This document shows positions 35,242 through 44,694 of a stretch of DNA of 64,000 nt, in pieces (position 1 is the stretch's first letter; every line of letters begins with the position of its first letter). Under the pieces are notes generated by a model. The model was not told the origin of the DNA and did not search any database. It saw nothing but the letters and a program-made list of their open reading frames with translations. A program made the translations under genes and the position numbers. The DNA is taken from NCBI GenBank assembly GCA_027007025.1, contig JALTFL010000005.1, positions 44,911 to 108,910 on the forward strand. The letters are read 5' to 3'. Origin of the DNA: Nanobdellati archaeon. Lineage in GTDB: Archaea; Nanobdellota; Nanobdellia; CSSed11-243R1.

Positions 35242-35874
35242 CTACCCCTCCAATTTCATTATAATATCTTTTATATCTTTTAAGTTCTTTGCTATGTAAT
35301 CCGCGCTTGACATTAATTTTGTTTTATGTATCTTTGTGTTTAATATAATATCTATTTTTGCTTTTTTGCAGGCAAGAATATCATAATCACTGTCTCCGAC
35401 ATAAATCATTTCTTTTGGCTTGACTTTCGCCCTTTTCATGAATATTTTGAGCATGTCACTATTCGGCTTCGGTTTCGCATCATCAATCCCAACTACGATG
35501 TCAAAATATTTCTTAATCTTAAAATATTTTAAAAAATGTTTTAGTTCTATTCGAGAGTTATTGGTTATCATTCCCACAATCAATCCTTTTTGTTTTAGCG
35601 TTCTTAAAAGCTCCCGCGCATGAGGTAATACCTTTGCAAGATTCATATATTTTTTTACTATTTTTCGTTTGTATAACGCAATCTTAGAAATCATTTTTTC
35701 ATTCATCGTTGGAAAATTTAATTTTAGGAGTTCCTCTGTGGTGGCTCCTCTAATCCATTTAATTCTCTTTTTTTTATACCCAAATTTGTTTAAGGCTTCG
35801 ATTATTGCAGCATGGTGCATTTTTTTACCATCTATTAATGTATCATCTAAATCAAATCCAATTGCTTTTAGCAT
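35242..35874 (-). CDS. HAD-superfamily hydrolase (phosphatase-like)
   Basis: Motif I FDLDDTL, motif II ITNN, motif IV GDSDYD. Confidence 0.8.
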   Translation of the reverse strand: MLKAIGFDLDDTLIDGKKMHHAAIIEALNKFGYKKKRIKWIRGATTEELLKLNFPTMNEKMISKIALYKRKIVKKYMNLAKVLPHARELLRTLKQKGLIVGMITNNSRIELKHFLKYFKIKKYFDIVVGIDDAKPKPNSDMLKIFMKRAKVKPKEMIYVGDSDYDILACKKAKIDIILNTKIHKTKLMSSADYIAKNLKDIKDIIMKLEG

Positions 35875-35925
35875 ACGTACTGGAAATCATAAAAGTTTAT
35901 TAAATTTGACTATATATCTTAATTT

Positions 35926-36342
35926 ATGATAAGATGGGTCGAAGGAGTACTTTACAGAGATGGTTATGTTCTAATAGGACAACTTAGGCGTGCGAATCCA
36001 TTAATTCCAAGAATTATATGGACCTTCCCATTTGAAGAGATGGTTGATGGAGAATCCCCGCGCAAGATTATAAAAAATTTATTTGAGAAAGAATTAGGTA
36101 TAAAAGTGAATGTTGGAAAACTTCTTGTAAAATACAACCCTTCAGAAAATCCGAGCGTAGAGCAATATTTTTATGAGCTTAAATATGCTTCTGGAAATCC
36201 AATCTCCTCAAAGAAGTATGCTCATTTAATGTGGATTAAACCAACCCAAGTGCTTAAATATTTCTCCACTTCAATGAGCAAGGATTTGATGGATTATCTA
36301 AGGTTTTTAGAAAAGAGCGGAAAAGGTATTATCATTGATTAA
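35926..36342 (+). CDS. Nudix-fold protein with degenerate Nudix box
   Basis: DGESPRKIIKNLFEKELGI aligns to GX5EX7REUXEEXGU, but R15, E16 and E19 are replaced by N, L and K. Confidence 0.45.
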   Translation: MIRWVEGVLYRDGYVLIGQLRRANPLIPRIIWTFPFEEMVDGESPRKIIKNLFEKELGIKVNVGKLLVKYNPSENPSVEQYFYELKYASGNPISSKKYAHLMWIKPTQVLKYFSTSMSKDLMDYLRFLEKSGKGIIID

Positions 36343-36560
36343 TCCTCTTCGGTGTAGTCTTCATTGGGGTATGCGTCATATTCTCCGTCAGGATGCTCTT
36401 CTTCATCAGTGCCTTCTTCAAGGTATTCCTTTGTTAACAATTCTGTTTCATCTATGTCATCATTACTTTCTTCAGAAGGTATTATTGTAATCTCCTCTTC
36501 CTCTTTATCATGTAATTTTTTCTTCTTTTTTTTAGTCTTTTTCATAGACATAGGCATCAC
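36339..36560 (-). CDS. small highly acidic protein
   Basis: 73 aa with a K-rich N-terminus and a D/E-rich remainder. Its start overlaps the stop of the PAC2-like gene. Confidence 0.35.
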   Translation of the reverse strand: MMPMSMKKTKKKKKKLHDKEEEEITIIPSEESNDDIDETELLTKEYLEEGTDEEEHPDGEYDAYPNEDYTEED

Positions 36561-37285
36561 CCTATGTATGTTTCATTTGGAGTTTTGGCTTCTTTAAGCT
36601 GCTGGGCTTTCTTGATAATTGTCCAAACTTTCTCTTCGAAGCGTTTTGACTCTTTTTCCAATGGGGATGTATTGATATTTAACCCATATATTTTGTTTAT
36701 AGATTTAATTATACTCGCTGCTGCGATTCCATCTGGAAAATTTGCATGTGCTTCTGACATTAATACGGCTGCGGGAACTTTTTTTGTTTTTGATTGTATC
36801 AGCAAGGCTGCCGAAACACCTATTACTATTCCGCTGTTTAGAAGTTTTACAGACTTCATCCTCTTTTCAAACTTGCTTCTGTTATTGCTAATCCAATAAA
36901 CTTTAGCCTCAAGTGGTATTTTTGGAACGGCAAGTCCTTCGAAAGATATTATCTCCTTTACTTTGTTTTTCTTTGCGAACTCTGATATTGCTCTTGCGAT
37001 AGGATTAACAAGGTTTTGTGGTATTGGTAGTTCGGATTCAAAAACTAGAAAGTTGTTTTTGCCTTTTTTGAAATGATGTATTCTAATTGGTAACCTAATC
37101 TTTCCGTTTGCCAAAATGGCAATTGGTGGGAGTTGCGGAACATCCATATATCCTACTACATCTGCTTTTTCCTGGTCCACAATATACTGCGCTGCCAGTG
37201 TGCCAACAAGCCCCACTCCTTGAAATCCCTCTAGAATTATTGAATTTTTAGGAATTGGTTTTTCAACTATTATTTGAATATCCAT
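36557..37285 (-). CDS. PAC2-family (proteasome assembly chaperone-like) protein
   Basis: ILEGFQGVGLVGTLAAQYIV is the family N-terminal signature. Confidence 0.7.
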   Translation of the reverse strand: MDIQIIVEKPIPKNSIILEGFQGVGLVGTLAAQYIVDQEKADVVGYMDVPQLPPIAILANGKIRLPIRIHHFKKGKNNFLVFESELPIPQNLVNPIARAISEFAKKNKVKEIISFEGLAVPKIPLEAKVYWISNNRSKFEKRMKSVKLLNSGIVIGVSAALLIQSKTKKVPAAVLMSEAHANFPDGIAAASIIKSINKIYGLNINTSPLEKESKRFEEKVWTIIKKAQQLKEAKTPNETYIG

Positions 37286-37339
37286 CTTGCTTACCCCCTA
37301 TTAATTATTTATTATCATGAACTTTTTAATAGTTTTTGA

Positions 37340-38452
37340 TTATGCAAAAATTCGTATTGTTTGGTAAATTATCCCAAAAACAAAGACCGCTATTGAAAAG
37401 TATATCAAAAAGTTTCCTCCTGGTACAACATATTTTGGTTTTAGCTCGCTTTTCTTTCTTGCTTCTTTTACCATGAGTGCGCTTATTACTCCCGCGAGCC
37501 CGCCTGAATAAGTGCCTGTTAATAAAATTGCGGTTATAAAACTCGGAGAAAATGAAATGAAAATAAGCATAGGGATTAGAATAACTAATCCCCAAGATAG
37601 TTTTGGGTTTATTCTTAAGTCAAGATGGTAAACATCCTTTAACACTATTCCGAGCGCTAGAAATCCCGTCGCCATAGCTAAAATTGCAACTATTGTTCCC
37701 AAATCCCCGAGTGTGCCTTTTAAGGAGTTAGTGGCAATTTCAGAAACATTTTCTCCAAAAGTGCCAATCATAGAAACTGAGAATAGGGCATAAATTGACA
37801 AACAGCTAATCATAGCGACGGCTATTGCGGACATTATCTTTTTTTCATTTCTCTTTAGAATCATTGTTACCTCAGGTATAATTGGATATCCAAGAGTTGC
37901 GAATAAAATTACACCATATGGATAAAGCGCTCTTTTCGGATTGTTATACGATATGTTTTGGAATTTCAAATGTGGTAGTAATGATATACTTATGATTATA
38001 AAAATTGCTACTAAAAAAGCAGAAAGCCCAAATTCCACTTTTGTTACTGTTTTCAAGCCAAAATAGATTAGAGGAGTGGCAAGTACAAAAAAGATTATTG
38101 AGTATATAATGGGGTTCCCACCAAGTAGATGCGTAATTGATTCGCCAATGCCCACTAAATATGCAGTTAAAGCGCCGTAGATACCGATAGCCATGGAAAA
38201 AAACATCGTCCACTTTCCCCATTTTCCTAAGTATTTTTCAGCCAGTGCGGTGAATTGCATTTTTCCTTTTGTTCTAAGAACTATTTCACCCATGAATAAT
38301 GTCATTGATAAGACAATAAATCCGACGAAGATTAGGTTTAAAATTCCAAATAAGATTCCTGATTGCGACATGGAGTAAGGTATTCCAAAAACTCCTGCTC
38401 CGATTACTGCACCAATAATGAGCATTACTGCGGTTTGGTAGTTTGTTGGCAT
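37340..38452 (-). CDS. amino acid transporter (Aa_trans / aromatic amino acid permease-like)
   Basis: 370 aa, about 11 TM segments, N-terminus IIGAVIGAGVFGIPYSMSQSG. Confidence 0.65.
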   Translation of the reverse strand: MPTNYQTAVMLIIGAVIGAGVFGIPYSMSQSGILFGILNLIFVGFIVLSMTLFMGEIVLRTKGKMQFTALAEKYLGKWGKWTMFFSMAIGIYGALTAYLVGIGESITHLLGGNPIIYSIIFFVLATPLIYFGLKTVTKVEFGLSAFLVAIFIIISISLLPHLKFQNISYNNPKRALYPYGVILFATLGYPIIPEVTMILKRNEKKIMSAIAVAMISCLSIYALFSVSMIGTFGENVSEIATNSLKGTLGDLGTIVAILAMATGFLALGIVLKDVYHLDLRINPKLSWGLVILIPMLIFISFSPSFITAILLTGTYSGGLAGVISALMVKEARKKSELKPKYVVPGGNFLIYFSIAVFVFGIIYQTIRIFA

Positions 38453-38513
38453 AAAATATTGAATAACATAACATATTTAAATTTCATTTGCATAGTAGTT
38501 GTCCAGTGATATT

Positions 38514-39551
38514 ATGAGTTTGTTTGATATTGAAAAGAATACCAGTGTAATAAAAAATGAAGACGTTTTAAATTATGATTATGTGCCAAAAACAATCCCA
38601 TACCGTGAGAATCAGATACAAGAAATTGCAGATTCAATAAAACCCATGCTTTACGAAAGGAGCGGAAGGAATTTGTTTATATACGGCGCTCCAGGAATAG
38701 GCAAGACAGCATCAATTAAATGGGTACTTCGCGAACTTTCGGAATCGACTGATGAGATAATTCCAATTTATGTTAATTGTTGGAACTTAAAGACGAAGTA
38801 TTTTATATTCTCTGAAATGGCTAATCAACTTAAATTATCATTTACAGCCGGGAAAAGTGCCGAGCATGTATTACAGCAGATAGTATACAAATTAAAAAAC
38901 AAGCGGGCGGTTTTTGTCTTTGATGAAATAGACAAAATTGACGATTCAGACTTTCTTTATCAAATTGTTTCAATGTTCCCAACTTCATCCATCCATCTCA
39001 TCAGCAATAACTTTGAGTATATAACAAAAATAGACTCCCGAATAAGGTCGAGAATAATCCTAAAGCATATAGAATTTAGGCCGTATAATTTGGATGAAGT
39101 TTATGGCATTATCAAAGAGAGGGCTAAGATTGCTCTTAGAAAAGATGCTATTGACACATCATTACTAAAGCAAATTGCAAACATAACTTTTAACAAGAGA
39201 GATATACGCGTGGGCATTTATCTTCTGAGAGAATCCGCAAAAATAGCAGAACAAGATGGTAAGAGAAAAATTACGAAGGAACATGTAAAGAAGGCGATGG
39301 AGAATGTGCTTGATAAAACTCTTGAAGAGGAGAAGTTAAACAAGGATGAACTTTTGATAATAAATATCACAAAAGAACATAATGGCGACGTTTCAGGAAA
39401 ACTATTTGATTTTTATAAGAAGAAAGGTGGTAAACTTTCTTATAAGAGCTTTAAGAGATATGCTAAAAATTTGGAAAAACTTGGGATTCTAAAATTGGAA
39501 TTGACATCCGGTGGGTTTAAGGGTAAATCAACAAGAATTTTTTTGAATTAA
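38514..39551 (+). CDS. cdc6: Orc1/Cdc6 replication initiator
   Basis: YVPKTIPYRENQ, Walker A GAPGIGKT, Walker B VFVFDEID, and a C-terminal winged helix. Start moved to the ATG at 38514. Confidence 0.9.
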   Translation: MSLFDIEKNTSVIKNEDVLNYDYVPKTIPYRENQIQEIADSIKPMLYERSGRNLFIYGAPGIGKTASIKWVLRELSESTDEIIPIYVNCWNLKTKYFIFSEMANQLKLSFTAGKSAEHVLQQIVYKLKNKRAVFVFDEIDKIDDSDFLYQIVSMFPTSSIHLISNNFEYITKIDSRIRSRIILKHIEFRPYNLDEVYGIIKERAKIALRKDAIDTSLLKQIANITFNKRDIRVGIYLLRESAKIAEQDGKRKITKEHVKKAMENVLDKTLEEEKLNKDELLIINITKEHNGDVSGKLFDFYKKKGGKLSYKSFKRYAKNLEKLGILKLELTSGGFKGKSTRIFLN

Positions 39552-39554
39552 ACA

Positions 39555-40286
39555 TTATACCCCCATAAGCAACCTTAATGTATCTCTTAAGGCAGGTGCA
39601 AGACCAATAGCGAATACAGCAAGTAATAAGAATTTTCTTAAATTTTCATCTTCAGAATACTTGTTGATTACATAAACTGTTGGGAGGATAACTAATAATT
39701 TTAGTATGAACATTGCAGAAGGCCCGAATAAGTTTATAAGAAATGTAGGTAAGACATGCTGTTCTCCATAGCCATAAAATGTTAGAGCTGTGAATGTCGC
39801 CGATGCATCGAACATGTGTGTCCAAACAGCTGAAAGGGAAAAAATATCTATTTTAACATACTTGTTGATAGCGTAAATAATCACAGCTATAATCCCTGCA
39901 ATAGTAATTATTATTAGTGCACCTATAACATTACTTAGCTTAATGAAAGGAAGATGAATCAATATTCCGATTGCGGCGGTCAGCGTCAATGTTTTCCAGA
40001 GCTCAAATTTTTTGTTTTTTTCAATCCAAATTCCTAGATATGTAATAGGTACGAACAAAGCAGCAAACAAAATTAGTATACCTGGTGAAACTGTGAAAAA
40101 TGTTTTAGGATAAATCCCTACATCTTCAAAAACCCTAACAATCGCTGAAAGAAAAACCCATGAAGATAGTCCAATTAGAAGGTATTTATCAATTTTTATT
40201 TTATATCTTTTGAAAAATAAGTAAGTAAAATAAACTAATAAAACTAACACAACTCCTAGTAAAAGCGTCGTGTATATAGTATACAT
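39555..40286 (-). CDS. archaeal polytopic membrane protein (DUF63-like)
   Basis: 243 aa, 7 TM segments. HMFDASATF...YGEQHVLP resembles DUF63. Recognition is from memory only. Confidence 0.5.
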   Translation of the reverse strand: MYTIYTTLLLGVVLVLLVYFTYLFFKRYKIKIDKYLLIGLSSWVFLSAIVRVFEDVGIYPKTFFTVSPGILILFAALFVPITYLGIWIEKNKKFELWKTLTLTAAIGILIHLPFIKLSNVIGALIIITIAGIIAVIIYAINKYVKIDIFSLSAVWTHMFDASATFTALTFYGYGEQHVLPTFLINLFGPSAMFILKLLVILPTVYVINKYSEDENLRKFLLLAVFAIGLAPALRDTLRLLMGV

Positions 40287-40290
40287 CCCT

Positions 40291-40710
40291 TCACCGTTTC
40301 AGTAAATACCTCTCGATGTAATCTAATTTTTCGTTTATTCTATCTATGCTTGATTTAAGTGTGTCTATCTTTGAGGCAAGTACGTCAATCCTGCTGTTTA
40401 GAATCTGATTGTTGTTTGTTTGTTGTGTTTGTTGTTGCGGCTGCCCAAAATTTATTGATGTTGGTGACATTGGCGGCGCTTGAGTTGGAATTGGTGGCGG
40501 TGCTGATGGAGGTATAGGTGGCTCCTGCATTCCAAAGACAGGCTGACGCCCAGGTTGTTGCATAGTATTTCCTGGCGGCATATTCATTTGAGGATTCATT
40601 GGTGCATTCATATTTGCTGCTTGAGTTCCAAAATCATTTGCTCCTAAATCTCCACCACCTAAGTCTCCCAAGTCATCGTCTTTCTTTTTGAACAAATCAA
40701 ATAATCCCAT
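40291..40710 (-). CDS. low-complexity Q/P/M/N-rich protein with FG motifs and C-terminal coiled coil
   Basis: Starts MGLFDLFKKKDDD. About 85 aa of disordered sequence contain DFGTQ, VFGMQ and NFGQP. It ends ILNSRIDVLASKIDTLKSSIDRINEKLDYIERYL. Start moved to the ATG at 40710. Confidence 0.55.
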   Translation of the reverse strand: MGLFDLFKKKDDDLGDLGGGDLGANDFGTQAANMNAPMNPQMNMPPGNTMQQPGRQPVFGMQEPPIPPSAPPPIPTQAPPMSPTSINFGQPQQQTQQTNNNQILNSRIDVLASKIDTLKSSIDRINEKLDYIERYLLKR

Positions 40711-40789
40711 AAGTTTAATTAAAATTATTTTAGTTATTAAGTTTTCTATAAAGGACAATTTTATATATGTCCAATTATTACCTTTAATC

Positions 40790-42289
40790 ATGGCGGCAGA
40801 TGACTCAAGGGAAAAAATTAAAGCAATACTGACGCGCTCTTTTGTGAACAAATACGAAATGATTATCCAAAGCTTTACTCACAGCATTGAGCAGTATTAC
40901 TTTTGGCTAATTAATTTTGTGAGTAAATTAGGTTATAAAATTGAGAAAGACAAGGAGCAGATGGCAGCGAGCGTGGTTTCGCAGTTCTTCGGGGAAATGT
41001 CCGTGAGAAGGCAACATCTAGAAAGAAGAGGCATGGAAATCCTTGCCACAATTAATACAGTTATAAAATCAATTGTGAACCTGCTTTATGACTTGCGTGA
41101 ATTTGACAGGCGTCTTGAAGTTTACAAAGACTTACATAGCAATGACCCAAAAAAGAGAGAAGCGGCAAGGTTGACTCTCAAGAGGATATGGATGGATGAA
41201 GTTGATGTAAGGAAAGGCGGCGCTTCAATAAATGCCATGACTGCTCAAAGAGGACTCGAGTTTACAACTCTTAGAGATTCTTTCATGGTTGTAAATAGTT
41301 TGGACGCTATCGCCAAGATGGACTTAAATGATAGGGTAAAACGGATTCTAAAAGGAAGACTCGAAGAGTACTTGAAGTGGGAGAAAGAAAGCGAAAAAGA
41401 ATTGACGCAGCGTAGGAAAATTGAGCTCGCTTATCTTAAGTCACAAGTTGAGGCATTGCGTTTGTATTCTATATGGGCTAAGCCATATCTGAAAGCCGCT
41501 CAGATGCTTAGTTTTAAGGAGCCTAAAGTTAACGACCCTTTTTTGATACAGGCGTTTGATCAAAGCGTTATAGAAATAGTTATTCGAGGGATAAAGAAAT
41601 ATAATCTGCATAATTTCAAAATGCCTGGGGGGTTGCCTGTGAAATATTCGCCTCCACTGATAAAGAAGCCGTTGGTGCCGCTTTTAAGCGAGCCAAAAGT
41701 TTATACCTCTAAAGAGCAAAGCGAAATGAAAGAAAAAAGAGGCGGGCCTCATGCATATTCTATAATTGAATTAAGATTCTTATGGCGGACAAAGCCTGCT
41801 CTTGTTTCACAGTCTCAAACAGGAGGAGCATATAGGCAGTTGGGAATGCTGGACATTAAGTTTATTGGATATGCAATGACTGAAGAGGAATTTAAATCCC
41901 TTAAAAAGCAGGAAGAACATGAAGCCATGAAATTTATAGAAGGTATGACAACGGAGAGCTTGGAAGCCATGCGTGAGGAACTCGAAAAATATCTCGACGA
42001 GGCGGACATGATTGAGAAGAAGGAAAAGAAAAATTCATTTGTTCCGTTGTTGGATAGAATCTCCAGAAAGCCCGGCTCAAAAGGAGGGCTTTTTGACTCA
42101 ATGTTTTCCACTAACAAAATTTTGGAGAGGAAGGTTAAGGAATTGACTATGAAAGAAACGGCGAATGCTTTATTTACTGTATATGACATCTTCAAGAAAG
42201 CATTTAGGTTCAAATCATTTCCGTATCCGCCGGAGATTAAACCTACTGAAAAATCGGTAATCAAACCGCCTGATCCAGTCGAGTTTTGA
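40790..42289 (+). CDS. large hypothetical protein (499 aa), mostly helical N-terminal half
   Basis: Starts MAADDSREK, divergent from 40291-40710 across a 79-nt AT-rich spacer with TATA-like boxes. No P-loop, TM segment or other known motif was seen. Confidence 0.6.
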   Translation: MAADDSREKIKAILTRSFVNKYEMIIQSFTHSIEQYYFWLINFVSKLGYKIEKDKEQMAASVVSQFFGEMSVRRQHLERRGMEILATINTVIKSIVNLLYDLREFDRRLEVYKDLHSNDPKKREAARLTLKRIWMDEVDVRKGGASINAMTAQRGLEFTTLRDSFMVVNSLDAIAKMDLNDRVKRILKGRLEEYLKWEKESEKELTQRRKIELAYLKSQVEALRLYSIWAKPYLKAAQMLSFKEPKVNDPFLIQAFDQSVIEIVIRGIKKYNLHNFKMPGGLPVKYSPPLIKKPLVPLLSEPKVYTSKEQSEMKEKRGGPHAYSIIELRFLWRTKPALVSQSQTGGAYRQLGMLDIKFIGYAMTEEEFKSLKKQEEHEAMKFIEGMTTESLEAMREELEKYLDEADMIEKKEKKNSFVPLLDRISRKPGSKGGLFDSMFSTNKILERKVKELTMKETANALFTVYDIFKKAFRFKSFPYPPEIKPTEKSVIKPPDPVEF

Positions 42290-42324
42290 ACAATTTTAAA
42301 AGAGATAATTGTTTAGTATATCAT

Positions 42325-42960
42325 ATGGCATTAGAGCTAAAGCTCATAATTGAGGAGCTTAACAAGATAGAAACAAAAAAAGGTAAATTAAAATATTTAG
42401 AGGGCATAATCTTCAAGACAAAGGACAAAAAAATCAAAGAGCAACTAATTAAATTTTTAGAAATGATACAAAAAAACGGGAAAAGGCTTTCTTTTGAAGA
42501 AATCCACAATGGCGAGCAGAAAAAACCGACAAAATCTCTTGAGGAAGTAATACAACACAATACAGAAAAATTTGATGAATCAAAAATCGAGCTTAAAGAT
42601 TATTTGAATGAGTTACCAAGCGAAGATGCGCTAACTTCTCCTGACTTTGTAGAAGGAGAATTAAAAGATAAAACATACATCCAATTGGAAACATACAAAC
42701 AAACTGACAAGGAAGATTATACCCCCAAATTGGATTCGGAGTATGAGCGAAGAGATGCTTTAGAAAACATTGATGAAACTGAAGAGTTTTTATCATCGCG
42801 CGGCTTGGAAACTGAACCCTCTGTCTCAAGGGAAAAGCGCCCATTTGTCGAGGCTACAATGGGAGAATATAAAAGTAAAGAGATTATTACTAAATCTATA
42901 AATGAAATGCACAAGAAAGAAGAAGAATACAAGCGAAAGCTTGAAAAAGGCATTATTTAG
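42325..42960 (+). CDS. hypothetical acidic, probably disordered protein
   Basis: Follows the 499-aa gene directly. Alternative TTG start at 42286 overlaps its stop. E/K/D-rich. Confidence 0.5.
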   Translation: MALELKLIIEELNKIETKKGKLKYLEGIIFKTKDKKIKEQLIKFLEMIQKNGKRLSFEEIHNGEQKKPTKSLEEVIQHNTEKFDESKIELKDYLNELPSEDALTSPDFVEGELKDKTYIQLETYKQTDKEDYTPKLDSEYERRDALENIDETEEFLSSRGLETEPSVSREKRPFVEATMGEYKSKEIITKSINEMHKKEEEYKRKLEKGII

Positions 42961-42969
42961 GCGGTAAAA

Positions 42970-44652
42970 ATGTATGACAATATGAGGTTTGAATATGCAC
43001 ATTTTAATGCTATGGATTTTGGTAGCTACGGCCTTGGGGCTAGTGTTTCTCCTATGGGCTCTCAGCTGATGACAACAAACACTGCAATTAACTGGGGGCT
43101 TCAAAATTTAGAAGTTAATCTTGGTACACAGATGAACTACCAACAAACGGGGCATCTTGCGCAGCTTGGAAAAATAGAAAGGGATGAACTTATACGACTC
43201 GCGAAATTAAATAGAGTGAATCTCTCTGTTCACGCGCCCCTTTTAAGCCCGGAAGGATTGCAGGGAAATCAAATTAGCGAAACTGCGCGCATTAAAAATG
43301 TGAAGGAATTTGAACAAACTCTAGATTTTGTGGATCAGATAGGAAAGAAAACGGGAAGGAAGCATATTCCAGTTACATTTCATTCCAGTGGGGCGCCTAT
43401 AGGTAATCCCATGCCAAAAGAGATGATATATGCAGTTAATCAAGAAAATGGGCAGGTAATTCCATTGGAAAAGAAAGAAGTCGCATATCCAAAGGAATAC
43501 TTTGATAGATACGGATTAAAAGAAGGAGTGGATTACGCGCCAGTGGAGGGCAAGCAAGGTTACTACTACATGTATCCTCAGGCAGAACTTAAAATTTATG
43601 GAAAATCACAGCTTCAGAAATTAAAGTATGAAGAAGCCCACGCGGATTACTGGCTGAGGCATTACAAGGAACAGATGAAGCAATTTGTTCAGGGAACTTC
43701 TGCTGTAGGGGATGTTGACAAAAATCCTGTGGCGGTTGCCGAACGGCTTAAGAGCATTGGCGGGCAAGCCGCGGAAGTAGCTCATAACTATGAAGCATTA
43801 CTTGACCAAAAAAGAACCCTCGAAGCTGAAGCCCAAAATCTGAGAAAGAAATATGAAAGAAACGGACAGCTTAATGCTCTTGTTCCGAGCGAAGAATATG
43901 TGAAGGAAAAAATGAAAAAAACTTTTGTGGAACTTGGCTTGAAAGCATATGACAAGCCGTCAAAGCCCATGATAGTGATTGAAAACTTTTATCCTGAATT
44001 CACTTTGAGCGACCCGACAAAGCTTGCCAAGACGATTGATGAAATAAGAGGCGAACTGGCAAACAAGCTCGTCAAGGAGAAAGGAATTTCAAAAAACAGA
44101 GCCATGCAGGAGGCGCAGCAGCTTGTCGGCATGAATGTTGATGTCGGGCATTTAAACTTGTGGAAAAAATACACAAACCCAAAAACAGGAAAACCCTACA
44201 CCGATAAAGAGATAATTGATTGGGTAAAGAAAGTTTATCCATACATAAAACACGTTCACATAACCGACAATTTTGGAGACTACGATGCGCATATGCCTGT
44301 TGGGTGGGGAAATGCCCCAGTTAACCAGATGATTGATGTTCTCAGGAAAAAAGGTTGGAAAGGAAGAGCAATTCTTGAGACTTTTGGTGCCACTCAATAC
44401 GGCGGGCAAGGATTTGGAGTCGCGCAGTCAATGTATCAAATGGGCATGCCGCTTGTTCCTGGAGGACCGGGATGGGAGATGGCAGAAGGCACGTATTTCC
44501 AGGCCGGATACTCATTTACTACGGGCCCAATTCTGCCTGATGTTAACTTTTCAACTTATGGAGTCGGATTTTCAGGACTGCCGTATGCGACGGGAGCGCA
44601 GATAGGCGGGCAAAAGCCCGGGCAGAAATTCTCCGGAACTCCAATGAGTTAA
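42970..44652 (+). CDS. endonuclease IV-like (xylose isomerase-like TIM barrel) protein with large insertion and G/P/Y/F-rich tails
   Basis: Ordered metal-ligand motifs VHAP, TFHSSG, VIENF, DVGH, HVHITDN, DAHMPVGWG and AILET resemble the Nfo trinuclear site. About 215 aa are inserted between FHSSG and IENF. Confidence 0.65.
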   Translation: MYDNMRFEYAHFNAMDFGSYGLGASVSPMGSQLMTTNTAINWGLQNLEVNLGTQMNYQQTGHLAQLGKIERDELIRLAKLNRVNLSVHAPLLSPEGLQGNQISETARIKNVKEFEQTLDFVDQIGKKTGRKHIPVTFHSSGAPIGNPMPKEMIYAVNQENGQVIPLEKKEVAYPKEYFDRYGLKEGVDYAPVEGKQGYYYMYPQAELKIYGKSQLQKLKYEEAHADYWLRHYKEQMKQFVQGTSAVGDVDKNPVAVAERLKSIGGQAAEVAHNYEALLDQKRTLEAEAQNLRKKYERNGQLNALVPSEEYVKEKMKKTFVELGLKAYDKPSKPMIVIENFYPEFTLSDPTKLAKTIDEIRGELANKLVKEKGISKNRAMQEAQQLVGMNVDVGHLNLWKKYTNPKTGKPYTDKEIIDWVKKVYPYIKHVHITDNFGDYDAHMPVGWGNAPVNQMIDVLRKKGWKGRAILETFGATQYGGQGFGVAQSMYQMGMPLVPGGPGWEMAEGTYFQAGYSFTTGPILPDVNFSTYGVGFSGLPYATGAQIGGQKPGQKFSGTPMS

Positions 44653-44694
44653 TTTAATAATTGAATGTTTATTTAGAAATTAAGGTGAGGTGTG

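Noticed and set aside
38453-38513. Looked for a replication origin (ORB or mini-ORB repeats, AT-rich unwinding element) next to orc1/cdc6.
   Set aside because: The intergenic space upstream is only about 60 nt, and the downstream gene follows within 4 nt. No repeated ORB-like elements were seen. An origin, if linked, is not visible here.
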